Notes: generated by a model not told the origin, from the letters alone. A stretch of 64,000 nucleotides of DNA from Bacilli bacterium (GCA_017887425.1 JAGHHZ010000028.1:20304-84303); one strand, 5' to 3'. Positions 47,394 through 56,856 are shown, counted from the stretch's first letter. Made by a program: numbers and translations.

Positions 47394-49347
47394 ATTATTG
47401 ATTTGTTTTACTGTCATTTATACTTTTTATATTACTAATAACTTGCTTTATCACTCACATTATCAAGAAGGAAGTGTTGATTTAATCGGTTATATAACAG
47501 ATATAACTTATAAAGAAGATAAAATAGATTTAGAAATTAAAGCTAAAGAAAAAATTAAAGTTAGTTATTATACTAATGACAATTTGAATCTTAAATTAGG
47601 CGATTATATAAAAATAAAAGGAGAATTAACTAAACCTTATGATAATACTATTTTTAATTTATTTAATTATCGCAAATACTTATTAAGTAATAAGATTTAT
47701 TTCATTTTAAAGGCTGATGAAATAGTCAAAATAAAAGATAACACTAATCTCTTTTATAAAATAAAAAATATTATTTATGAAAGAATGAATGATTTAAAAA
47801 CAAAAGACTATGTCAAAGCTTTTGTCTTAGGTGATAATCAAGATTTAGATGACGATATGGAAGTTATATATCAAGAAAATGGAGTTACACATCTTTTAGC
47901 TGTCTCTGGTTCCCACACCACTTTTTTAGCTTTTGTTTTATTAATTTTTTTAAAGAAGTTTAAATATAACCATATAATTATCAGTTTAGTTTTAATTTTT
48001 TATGCTTTTTTAACTAATTTTACTCCTTCTATTTTAAGAGCTGTTTTTTTATTTATGTTAAATAAGTACGATAAAAAAAAGACAATTATTATAATTGCTT
48101 GTTTGATGCTTTTATATAATCCATATTATATTTATAACGTTGGATTCCTTTTTAGCTTTGTTATATGTTTTTATTTGATTTATTTTGGTAATTTAACCAA
48201 TAATTTTAAAAATTACTTTGTTAAATTATTAATTACTTCATTAATATGTTTTGTTGCAAGTATTCCTATTATGATTAATAATTTCTATTATATTAATATT
48301 ATGAGTCCTTTAATTAATGTTGTTTTTGTTCCTTTCGTTACTTTTATTATTTTCCCATTATGTTTAATAACTTTAATCATTCCTTATTTTGATAATATAT
48401 TGTTGTTAGCTTTGAATATAATGGAACAGTTATCGTTATTTTTTAACTATTTTAATATTAACTTAATTATGAGTAAGGTTAATATATTTATTTTTATTTT
48501 ATATTATATAATTATAACTTTTATATTTATAAAACCTAAGTATTTTTATATTTTAATAATTATGATTTTTATTCATAATAACATTAAATATTTTAATCAA
48601 AACAATTATCTTACGATGATTGATGTTGGACAAGGGGATAGTATTTTATTAGAATTGAAAAATAAAAATATTTTAATCGATACGGGGGGTAATAGTTTTA
48701 GTGACTACAACATAGCAGTTAATAAACTAATTCCTTATTTTAAAAGTTTGGGAATTAAAAAGATAGATTATTTAATTTTAACCCATGGCGATTATGATCA
48801 TTTAGGTGAAGCAGTTAATTTAATCAATAATTTCAAAGTTGATAAAGTTATATTAAACAATGATAAATTTAATGATTTAGAAACAGAACTTATTAATGTT
48901 TTAAATGATAGAAATATTAATTATTTTAAAAACGTTAAACAATTAAGTATTTTTAATAATAAATTATATTTTTTAAATGATGAATTGTATAGTAATGAAA
49001 ATGATAATTCCATTGTTTTGTATGTTGTAGTTAATGATGTCAAAATGTTATTTATGGCAGATGCAGGAATTTCAGTCGAACACGATATAATTAAAAAATA
49101 TAATCTAAATGATATTGATATTTTAAAAGTAGGACATCATGGTAGTAAAACAAGTACTAGTAAGGAATTTATTACGCAAATACAACCTAAATATGCTTTG
49201 ATAAGTGTTGGAGCTAATAATTGGTATGGCCATCCCCATGAAGAAGTATTAGAAAATCTAAATAGTTCTAATATTTATCGCACCGATTTAAATGGAAGTA
49301 TTAAAATAAATTTAGATAAATTAAAAATCAAGACTTGCTTATCGTAG
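47347..49347 (+). CDS. comEC: DNA internalisation competence protein ComEC/Rec2 (competence domain + metallo-beta-lactamase domain)
   Basis: It contains THLLAVSGSH, a polytopic membrane core, and the MBL motifs IDVGQGDS and THGDYDHLG. The start is uncertain: there is no in-frame ATG near the 5' end, and a TTG near 47396, just past the comEA stop, is plausible. Confidence 0.88.
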   Translation: MANLLLIKLKTNLVYKLLICFTVIYTFYITNNLLYHSHYQEGSVDLIGYITDITYKEDKIDLEIKAKEKIKVSYYTNDNLNLKLGDYIKIKGELTKPYDNTIFNLFNYRKYLLSNKIYFILKADEIVKIKDNTNLFYKIKNIIYERMNDLKTKDYVKAFVLGDNQDLDDDMEVIYQENGVTHLLAVSGSHTTFLAFVLLIFLKKFKYNHIIISLVLIFYAFLTNFTPSILRAVFLFMLNKYDKKKTIIIIACLMLLYNPYYIYNVGFLFSFVICFYLIYFGNLTNNFKNYFVKLLITSLICFVASIPIMINNFYYINIMSPLINVVFVPFVTFIIFPLCLITLIIPYFDNILLLALNIMEQLSLFFNYFNINLIMSKVNIFIFILYYIIITFIFIKPKYFYILIIMIFIHNNIKYFNQNNYLTMIDVGQGDSILLELKNKNILIDTGGNSFSDYNIAVNKLIPYFKSLGIKKIDYLILTHGDYDHLGEAVNLINNFKVDKVILNNDKFNDLETELINVLNDRNINYFKNVKQLSIFNNKLYFLNDELYSNENDNSIVLYVVVNDVKMLFMADAGISVEHDIIKKYNLNDIDILKVGHHGSKTSTSKEFITQIQPKYALISVGANNWYGHPHEEVLENLNSSNIYRTDLNGSIKINLDKLKIKTCLS

Positions 49348-49359
49348 AAAGGAACGTTT

Positions 49360-49803
49360 ATGAATTATTATAATGAAATAAGAGAATATATTATAAACAA
49401 TGAAATAACCAAGAAAGTAAAAGATTATAGTAAAAACAAAAGTGATTTAAATACTTATTATAATGTTGGTAAATTGCTTGTAGAGGCTGGCAAACATTAT
49501 GGTGAAGGAATAATAAAAGAATATTCAAAAAAACTTAAAGCAGATGTTGGAAAACGATATACAGAAAGAACATTGCGAAGATTTAGGCAATTTTATAATT
49601 TATATGTTGAAGCAAAATGGTCGACATTGTCGACCAAATTAAGTTGGAGTCATTTTTCTAAACTGCTTTCTATAAAAAATATCGATAAAATTAATTATTA
49701 TATTAAATTAGTAAAAGAACAAAATTTATCAATTAGAGAGTTAAGAACCAAAATTCACAACAAGAATATACTATTTATGGGTGACACTACAAAAATAAGT
49801 TAA
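49360..49803 (+). pseudogene. Truncated DUF1016/YhcG-like gene (N-terminal helical domain only; PD-(D/E)xK nuclease domain missing)
   Basis: NTYYNVGKLLVEAGKHYGEGIIKEYSKKLKADVGKRYTERTLRRFRQFYNLY...LSWSHFSKLLSI...YYIKLVKEQNLSIRELRTKI matches the N-terminal half of roughly 340-aa YhcG-type proteins. The ORF stops at 147 aa and no C-terminal half follows in any frame that I could read. Confidence 0.6.
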
Positions 49804-50099
49804 AATTTTATTATGAGTGAATATATTTTATCAAAATTGGATATATTAAAAATAGAATGTCATATATTAAAAATGTGACAGAAAACTTTTTTAAAGTGAC
49901 TAATATAGTGACACTTATATGACAAGTATAGATTGAATTATAAATTATATTCTATACTTGTCCTAATGTGTACGCTAATGCTGTTAGCGTTTAATATAGA
50001 TAGGGTTACCCTAAATAAAACTAATTTAGTAATTGGTTTTAGGACTATTGATTATAAATCAATGGTCTTTTTTTTAATAAAAAACTGGTATAAACCAGT

Positions 50100-50888
50100 T
50101 TAAACTCCAACACTTCTTGTTTCAGGTAAAGTTGATGCTCCATCAATAACAAATTCAGAACCTGTAATATAATTAGATAAGTCGCTAGCTAAGAAAGCCG
50201 CTAGATTACCTAACTCTTCGATTGTTCCAAGTCTTCCCATCGGTATACCGTCAGCTATTCCCTTAATAACACTATTTGGATCATTAGCGTTACTATCTAA
50301 AGCGATGCCTTCAACCATTGGAGTCATAATATATCCTGGTAAAATAGCATTGACATTAATATTGTTTTTTGCTCCTTCCATTGCCAAACTTTTGGTAAAA
50401 CCGATTAAAGCAGCTTTAGTTGTCGCATAGGCAACTTCTCCTGGATCAGCGACCTTAGGTCCGGTTACACTAGACAAATTGACAATTTTGCCATAATTAT
50501 TTTTAATCATATAAGGGTATACTGCTTTAGTAACATTCCATGTTCCTTTGATATTGATATCGATGTGAAAATCTCTTATTTCGTCAGACATTTCTTCAAA
50601 TTTAACTAATTTAGCTACTCCAGCATTATTAACTAAAATATCAATTTTCCCATATTTTTTGTAAACAGCATCAACTATTTTATTGACCATTTCTTTATTA
50701 GTAATATCAACTTTATAACCGATGACATTTTGTGAAATTTTAACAAGTTCTCCTAAAGTATTTCCTAATTTATCAGAGTAATCTAATATAATAACCGTCG
50801 CGCCTAATTGTAAAAATGTTTTAACTATTCCTAAGCCATTTCCCATAGCGCCACCAGTAACAATTGCAATTTTTCCATTTAAATCCAT
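50100..50888 (-). CDS. SDR family oxidoreductase (UcpA/FabG-like)
   Basis: TGGAMGNGLG (Rossmann), NNAG, and the S...YATTKAA catalytic triad context, with PGYIMTPM. 262 aa. Confidence 0.88.
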   Translation of the reverse strand: MDLNGKIAIVTGGAMGNGLGIVKTFLQLGATVIILDYSDKLGNTLGELVKISQNVIGYKVDITNKEMVNKIVDAVYKKYGKIDILVNNAGVAKLVKFEEMSDEIRDFHIDINIKGTWNVTKAVYPYMIKNNYGKIVNLSSVTGPKVADPGEVAYATTKAALIGFTKSLAMEGAKNNINVNAILPGYIMTPMVEGIALDSNANDPNSVIKGIADGIPMGRLGTIEELGNLAAFLASDLSNYITGSEFVIDGASTLPETRSVGV

Positions 50889-51040
50889 TTTTTATTCCTC
50901 CATTCTTTAATTATTATATCATGATTTTGAAAATTTAAAAGTAAAATTTATGATTAAAAAGTGTCAAAAAGATTAAAATGTCATCATAAATAATGTATTT
51001 TAAGAAAAAAATGTTATAATAATAAATGAAGGTGGTTAAG

Positions 51041-52363
51041 ATGAATCAAATAATTATTATACTAGCTAAAATAGCTAGAGCAATATTACATTCTTTAGGA
51101 AGAGGAACAGCTTTTCCTGGTAAGTTAGCTTTGAAACTTAATAAAAACATATTAAACTTTTTTGAGATGCCAAAAACGACAATTTTTGTTACAGGAACAA
51201 CTGGTAAGACAAGTGTAGTAGGAACAATTTATGAAGTTTATAAACATAGTGGTTATAAAGTTGTTAGCAACATTAAAGGTTCAAATTTGATTGATGGTGT
51301 GACAACTGCAATAATAGAGGCTAGTAATATAAACGGTAAAACTAAAGTTGATGCTTTAGTTATTGAAGTTGATGAAAGATATGTAAAAGAAGTATTTAAA
51401 TATATTACTCCTAAATACTTTATAATTAATAATTTATCTCGTGATCAATTAGCCCGTAATGGTCATTTTGAATTGGTTTTTAACGAGATAAATAGAAGTA
51501 TTAATGAGAAAACTCATTTAATATTAAATGCTGATGATCCATTAGTAATTAAATTTAGTTTAAATAAAAAAAATAAAATAACTTATTATGGCTTAAAAGA
51601 AAATAAATATTCAACGAAAAAAAACAAAATCGATACTCTAGATTTAACTTATTGTCCAAAATGTCATAAAAAATTAATTTTTGATTATTTTAATTATGGT
51701 AACTTAGGGTATTATCACTGCCCAAATCACGATTATGATCGGCCTATTTGTGATTTTGAAGCAACTTTATTAAAAGATAAATTTGAAGTAGAAGATGTAA
51801 CAATAAAACTAAATAATGATGCTTTATATAATGTATATAATATGTTAGCTTGTTATTCTGTTTGTAGAGTTGATAAAGTAAAACAAGAAGATATTGTGAA
51901 CTCATTAAATCAACTATCTCTTAAAGTAAAAAGATTAAATGAATTTAAAATAAATGATAATAAAGGAGTAATCTTATTAAGCAAGAATGAAACACCACTA
52001 TCTTATAATCAGTCTTTAGAATATATCAAAGATAAAAAAGGTAGTAAAACAGTAGCCATTGGTTTTACAAGAATTAGTGGCCGTTATGATTTAAAAGATT
52101 TGTCTTGGATCTATGATATAAACTTTGAACTTCTTAATGATAAAAGTATCGAAAGAATAATTTTAATCGGTCCTTTTGCTTATGATTTAGGAGTCAGATT
52201 AAAGCAAGCTAATATTGACCCTAAAAAGTTTATGTATTGCCTAGACTATAAAAATTCTTTAGATTTCTGTTTAAAAAATGTTAAAGGCGATTTATATTGT
52301 GTTTTATATTTTGATTTAAATTATTTATATTTAGACCAACTAAAAGAAAGAGGTTTATTATGA
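51041..52363 (+). CDS. murT: Lipid II isoglutaminyl synthase subunit MurT (Mur-ligase-like, DUF1727 C-terminus)
   Basis: P-loop VTGTTGKTS, NLSRDQLARNGH, the Cys-rich ribbon YCPKCHKKL...YHCPNHD, and a C-terminal domain. It is paired with a GatD-like gene by a 4-nt ATGA overlap. The start was taken at ATG 51041 after GAAGGTGG and the TGtTATAAT box at 51012-51020. Confidence 0.85.
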   Translation: MNQIIIILAKIARAILHSLGRGTAFPGKLALKLNKNILNFFEMPKTTIFVTGTTGKTSVVGTIYEVYKHSGYKVVSNIKGSNLIDGVTTAIIEASNINGKTKVDALVIEVDERYVKEVFKYITPKYFIINNLSRDQLARNGHFELVFNEINRSINEKTHLILNADDPLVIKFSLNKKNKITYYGLKENKYSTKKNKIDTLDLTYCPKCHKKLIFDYFNYGNLGYYHCPNHDYDRPICDFEATLLKDKFEVEDVTIKLNNDALYNVYNMLACYSVCRVDKVKQEDIVNSLNQLSLKVKRLNEFKINDNKGVILLSKNETPLSYNQSLEYIKDKKGSKTVAIGFTRISGRYDLKDLSWIYDINFELLNDKSIERIILIGPFAYDLGVRLKQANIDPKKFMYCLDYKNSLDFCLKNVKGDLYCVLYFDLNYLYLDQLKERGLL

Positions 52364-53019
52364 GAATAGCTTATTTATATTATGATTTTCTCAACTTATA
52401 TGGTGAATCAGGTAATATAAAAATTATCGATAATGTTTTAAAAAGTAATAAAATCAAACATGAAATTTTATATTTATCTTTAGATGATGAATTAGATTTT
52501 GACAGTTATGATTTAGTTTACATTGGAAGTGGAACCGAAGAAAATCAAAAAATTGCGTTAAAACATTTGATGAATTATCAAGAAGATATAAAAAGATACA
52601 TTGAAGATAATAAATTTATGCTAGTGACTGGTAATAGTGTTGATATGTTTGGAGAAAAAATAATTGCCGACGAAGAATATGATGGGCTAGGAGTATTTGA
52701 TTATACTATTACTAGAGGAAAAAGAAAAATGGAGGAAGTTTATCTTGATAGTGAAATAACAAAACATAAGATCTTGGGATTTATTAATAACAATAGTTAT
52801 ATTGATGAAATAAACTTTCCTTTATTTAAAGAAGAAGGCGTTAAATATAATAATTTTTATGCCACTTATATTTTAGGCCCTATTTTAGTTAGGAATCCTG
52901 ATTTTGTTAAATATTTTTTAAATAATTTAACAGGTAAAAAATTGAAATATGATTTGAAATTAGAGACTAAAGCTTATAATGAATTTGTTAAAAATTTTAA
53001 GGAGGAAGTTTGTGAATAA
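52360..53019 (+). CDS. gatD: GatD-like (CobQ/CobB-type glutamine amidotransferase-like) partner of MurT, lacking the catalytic Cys and His
   Basis: NLYGESGNI, DLVYIGSGTE and TYILGPILVRNP align with S. aureus GatD as I recall it. The nucleophile position reads LVTGNSVDMFG rather than TICGGYQFLG. The only Cys in the protein is the penultimate residue. Confidence 0.75.
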   Translation: MRIAYLYYDFLNLYGESGNIKIIDNVLKSNKIKHEILYLSLDDELDFDSYDLVYIGSGTEENQKIALKHLMNYQEDIKRYIEDNKFMLVTGNSVDMFGEKIIADEEYDGLGVFDYTITRGKRKMEEVYLDSEITKHKILGFINNNSYIDEINFPLFKEEGVKYNNFYATYILGPILVRNPDFVKYFLNNLTGKKLKYDLKLETKAYNEFVKNFKEEVCE

Positions 53020-53512
53020 CGTAGTTGAAGCAGTTATTGAAATACCATTAAAAACCAAAAATAAATTTGAAATCGATAAAAAAACTAAACGTATTAAATT
53101 AGATCGAGTTCTTTATTCGGCGATGAGTTATCCAGCTGAATATGGTTATATTGAAAATACTTTAGCTAAAGATGGAGATCCATTAGATATTTTAGTTATT
53201 TCAAGTGAACCAACTTTCCCGGGATGCATTGTCCCAGCGAGAATAATTGGTTACTTATCGGTTGTCGACAATGGTCATGAAGATTATAAATTAATTTCAG
53301 TAGTAGATGTTGACCCACGATATAGTGAAATCAAATATTTAGACGATTTATCAGATTTTACATTAGATGAAATCAAAAATTTCTTTCAAAATTATAAAAC
53401 TTTACAAAATATTGAAGTTAAAGTTTATGACTATCACGATTCTACGAAAGCTTTAGAGTTGATTAGTGAATGCCAAAAAAGATATGAAGAAAATGCTAGA
53501 AAAAATGATTAA
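53012..53512 (+). CDS. ppa: Inorganic pyrophosphatase (family I)
   Basis: GTG 53012 after the SD AAGGAGGA. It contains VIEIP, KFEIDK, YPAEYGYIENTLAKDGDPLDILV and DYKLI. Confidence 0.92.
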   Translation: MNNVVEAVIEIPLKTKNKFEIDKKTKRIKLDRVLYSAMSYPAEYGYIENTLAKDGDPLDILVISSEPTFPGCIVPARIIGYLSVVDNGHEDYKLISVVDVDPRYSEIKYLDDLSDFTLDEIKNFFQNYKTLQNIEVKVYDYHDSTKALELISECQKRYEENARKND

Positions 53513-53550
53513 TATGTGATATGATATTAAGGGAAGTTAAAGGTGAATAT

Positions 53551-54519
53551 ATGAAAAAGTCCAATATTATAAGTATAATCTTAATAGTTGTTTTAGTATC
53601 TTTTGTCGGCTATTATGCATATCAACAATTGAATCAAGAAGAGGTTCAACCATACGAAACTAAATTAATAAATTATAGTAATGAAGTAAAAGAACTAATT
53701 ACAAATAGTGATTATTCTTTTGATAGTACTTTAATTGATTCTGAATGGTTAGATAATAATTTAGAATCAACCATTAGTTGTGCTGAAGTTTACTATTCTA
53801 ATGATGATATGGTTTTATTACATGATTGTGAAGTTCCAAACGAAGAAGGAAAATACTATTTTTATAATAAAACATATACTGAGCAAACTGATGAGTATAA
53901 AAAAGCTTATGAAGAAATTAAAAATCAAGAAATTAACATTGAAAAAGGAAATTTACTTTCCGATATTGTCACTATTGATTTAGAACTAGGAATTGAAGAG
54001 ATTGATTCTTGTTCTAACGAAGGAATTTGTCCGACTGGTACAGAATTTGCTATTCAAGTTAATGACTCTACAGCTTATCGTTTTTATGTTTTAACTGATG
54101 ATGGTGAAAAAGTAGAACTTATTATGGATCGCAATTTAGTTAATCACGTTGTATGGGCACCTTCAGATAATGGTGATGGTCCAACTGACACTTTAGAACA
54201 ATTACAACAAGCTACTGAAAATTGGACTAATATTCCTTTAAGAAATTATCGAGTTACCGATGATAATGTCGATAAAGTTTATGACGATATTCATATAAAG
54301 ACAAGAGCAACAATACCTTCTTATACTAAATTAGTCGGAATTGATCCAGTTCTTCCTAATTGGTTATATAATAATTTAGAAAATGGTTATTGGTTAAGCA
54401 GTGCTAGTAAATCAATGTCATTCTATGCTTGGATTGTTCAAGCCGATGGTACAATTGATACTGCTGATGTTAGTAGTGAAGATTATGGAATTCGACCAGT
54501 AATCACAATTTATAAATGA
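53551..54519 (+). CDS. Membrane-anchored extracytoplasmic protein with a C-terminal DUF1566/Lcl-C-like motif
   Basis: The N-terminal TM segment is IISIILIVVLVSFVGYYAY. The C-terminus GYWLSSASKSMSFYAWIVQADGTIDTADVSSEDYGIRPVITI resembles the YW(S/T)S...AW.V...G......YGVRPV signature. The start was taken at ATG 53551. Confidence 0.5.
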   Translation: MKKSNIISIILIVVLVSFVGYYAYQQLNQEEVQPYETKLINYSNEVKELITNSDYSFDSTLIDSEWLDNNLESTISCAEVYYSNDDMVLLHDCEVPNEEGKYYFYNKTYTEQTDEYKKAYEEIKNQEINIEKGNLLSDIVTIDLELGIEEIDSCSNEGICPTGTEFAIQVNDSTAYRFYVLTDDGEKVELIMDRNLVNHVVWAPSDNGDGPTDTLEQLQQATENWTNIPLRNYRVTDDNVDKVYDDIHIKTRATIPSYTKLVGIDPVLPNWLYNNLENGYWLSSASKSMSFYAWIVQADGTIDTADVSSEDYGIRPVITIYK

Positions 54520-54547
54520 TATTGATAATTCAATATCTTTTTTTTGA
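54518..54547 (+). terminator. Rho-independent terminator
   Basis: GATATTGA-taat-TCAATATC followed by a T9 run, overlapping the TGA stop. Confidence 0.65.
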
Positions 54548-54553
54548 TTTTAA

Positions 54554-54582
54554 TTGACCATGATTAAAAACAATGCTATACT
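54554..54582 (+). promoter_or_regulatory. Sigma-A promoter with an extended -10 for the unknown ORF and Xer recombinase
   Basis: TTGACC (54554-54559), 17 nt ending in TGC, then TATACT (54577-54582). The track's TTG start at 54554 is the -35 box itself. Confidence 0.55.
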
Positions 54583-54598
54583 GATAATAGGTGGTAAT

Positions 54599-55372
54599 AT
54601 GGAAAGAACACTAAGTTTGGTTTTAGATGAGGAAGGTTTTGTAAGTCTTACTTTAATGCAAGATGATGCTATCAAGATAGATGAATTTACGACTAAAAAG
54701 TTTGAAGATTCAGAACAAATTAGAGAACATTTTAAAAGTCAAATTGATAATTATCTTGAAGAAAATAAACGATATGTTGAAGCAATAAGTAAAGGAAGAG
54801 GAAAAAACTTTCGAGGACGAATTGTTATTTTGGAGCCTCACGAGCATGATGGTTCATTGTATTTCATTGAAAAAAGAGTTTTATATAAAAAAAATTTAGT
54901 TGCTTTTAAAGAGATGATTAAAGATAAACCAACTATGCAAAGATTTTTACAACTAGAAAGAATTGGTTTTAATCAATATGGTTTTAGAAAATTAATTTCG
55001 CCATTTCTAACAAGAGAAATTAAATATACAAACTATCAAGTAAAAAGCCGGATTGATTTTTTAAGAAGAGAAATAAAAAGAAATAAAAATAATTTTTATG
55101 ATATTTTAAGAATAATTTCTAAAGCTTATGAAACAGAAAGAAGAAATCGACCATATTTAAAAACAATTGAAGCAATATATAAAGAGAGTAAACCTAAACC
55201 TAATATAGAAAATGTAACGCAAGATAATTTTCCAGAAAAAGAATTTTATACAATTGATGGTGTTTCTTATCCTGTTGATGAAATACCATTTGACTTAGAT
55301 GAATTGAGGTATATGGAAACAGACTATTTACCTGATGGTTTGGGTGATATTCATGAAAAAAGAAAGTCTTAA
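54599..55372 (+). CDS. Hypothetical cytoplasmic protein (about 257 aa, basic, no family recognised)
   Basis: The SD AGGTGG precedes ATG 54599 (MERTLSLVLDEEG). There are no TM segments. Its 3' end overlaps the next gene by 20 nt. Confidence 0.55.
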   Translation: MERTLSLVLDEEGFVSLTLMQDDAIKIDEFTTKKFEDSEQIREHFKSQIDNYLEENKRYVEAISKGRGKNFRGRIVILEPHEHDGSLYFIEKRVLYKKNLVAFKEMIKDKPTMQRFLQLERIGFNQYGFRKLISPFLTREIKYTNYQVKSRIDFLRREIKRNKNNFYDILRIISKAYETERRNRPYLKTIEAIYKESKPKPNIENVTQDNFPEKEFYTIDGVSYPVDEIPFDLDELRYMETDYLPDGLGDIHEKRKS

Positions 55373-56231
55373 TTTTTATAAATATTTAGAAGATAAAGGA
55401 TATTCTTTAAATACTATTAAAAGCTATGAAAAAGATTTAAATCAATTTTGTGAATTTGCTAAAGATATTGATGTAAAAAAAATCGACTATAATTTTATTA
55501 GAAAATACTTACAATTTTTATATAATAAAAAATATACTAATAAAAGTGTTAGTCGTCATATTAGCAGTTTAAAAAGCTTTTTCAAATATTTAACTAAAAT
55601 AGGAAAAATAAAAGAAAATCCTTGTGTTTTAATAAGTAGTCCTAAGGTAGAAAAAAAATTACCTAACTATATAAATTATAATGATTTGGAAGTGTTATTT
55701 AGTATACCTGATAAAAACGATGTTTTAGGTTTACGCAATTTACTTATTTTAGAACTGTTATATTCGTGTGGTGTTAGAGTTAGTGAGTTAGTCAATATTA
55801 AACTAAGTGATATCGATTTTAACAATAATCGAATTTTAATTTTAGGAAAAGGTAGCAAAGAAAGATATGTTTTATATGGGAGTGTTTGTCAAGAATTATT
55901 AGATAAATATATAAAAAATAGTCGTAGTAAGTTAAATAAAAACAGTGAATATTTATTATTAAATAAATTTGGTAATAAAATAAGCGATCGAGCGATTAGA
56001 ATGATTATTGATGATATCGTTAAAAAAAGTAGTTTAAAATTAAATATATCACCACATACACTAAGACATACATTTGCGACTCACTTATTAAATGAAGGAG
56101 CGGATTTAAAAATTGTTCAAGAGTTATTGGGACATGAAAATATATCGACAACTGGTATATACACACATGTTTCTAATGAGCATTTAAGGAAGGTATATTT
56201 AGATGCTCATCCAAGAGCAAAGAAGGAGTAA
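55353..56231 (+). CDS. Tyrosine recombinase, XerC/XerD family
   Basis: The N-terminal SAM-like domain contains YSLNTIKSYEKDLNQF. The catalytic residues appear in the contexts CGVRVSEL, GKGSKER, HTLRHTFATHLL and LGHENISTTGIYTHV. XerC versus XerD cannot be decided by eye. Confidence 0.88.
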   Translation: MKKESLNFYKYLEDKGYSLNTIKSYEKDLNQFCEFAKDIDVKKIDYNFIRKYLQFLYNKKYTNKSVSRHISSLKSFFKYLTKIGKIKENPCVLISSPKVEKKLPNYINYNDLEVLFSIPDKNDVLGLRNLLILELLYSCGVRVSELVNIKLSDIDFNNNRILILGKGSKERYVLYGSVCQELLDKYIKNSRSKLNKNSEYLLLNKFGNKISDRAIRMIIDDIVKKSSLKLNISPHTLRHTFATHLLNEGADLKIVQELLGHENISTTGIYTHVSNEHLRKVYLDAHPRAKKE

Positions 56232-56233
56232 TT

Positions 56234-56854
56234 ATGGCAAAATTATATTTTAATTATGGTGCGATGAGCGCTGGAAAAACAATCGAAGTTATAACAACAG
56301 CTTATAAATATAATTCAAGAGGAATGAAAGCTTTGATAATAAAGCCTTCTGTTGATACTAAAGGCGGTGATTTAGTAACATCCCGTATTGGTATGAGTCA
56401 AAAAGTTGATATTTTATTAAGACCAGAAGAAAGTTTATTTGACTATTTAAAAAACTATAGTGATATTACTTGTTTAGTTGTTGATGAAGCTCAATTTTTA
56501 ACGGAAAGACAAGTCTTAGAACTAGTTATTATTACTAAAGATTGGAATATTCCAACTATATGTTATGGCTTGAAAGTTGATTTTCAAGGTAAATTATTTC
56601 CGGGTAGCGAAGCTTTGCTTAGATATGCTGACTCACAACAAGAATTAGTTGCTGTTTGTGAATGTGGCAAAAAAGCACGATTCAATGCCCGTAAAGTTAA
56701 CGGTGAATATGTTTTTGATGGTGAACAAGTTTTAATTGGAGCTGATGAAGCCTATGACCCACTATGTGAAACGTGTTTTATGAACAAAGTTTTAAAACCT
56801 CATTCAAAACAATTTCAAAAAATATATTATCAATCAAAAAAAATTAAGGAGTAA
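56234..56854 (+). CDS. tdk: Thymidine kinase
   Basis: YGAMSAGKT P-loop, VVDEAQFL, and Zn-ribbon cysteines CECGKKA...CETCF. Confidence 0.95.
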   Translation: MAKLYFNYGAMSAGKTIEVITTAYKYNSRGMKALIIKPSVDTKGGDLVTSRIGMSQKVDILLRPEESLFDYLKNYSDITCLVVDEAQFLTERQVLELVIITKDWNIPTICYGLKVDFQGKLFPGSEALLRYADSQQELVAVCECGKKARFNARKVNGEYVFDGEQVLIGADEAYDPLCETCFMNKVLKPHSKQFQKIYYQSKKIKE

Positions 56855-56856
56855 TT

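Noticed and set aside
49812-50095. Short ORFs in the spacer after the truncated DUF1016 gene (for example MSEYILSKLDILKIECHILKM and a 45-aa ORF from 49971)
   Set aside because: They have no SD, no recognisable motif, and overlap hairpins. They are more likely non-coding, so I report the region as a structured spacer.
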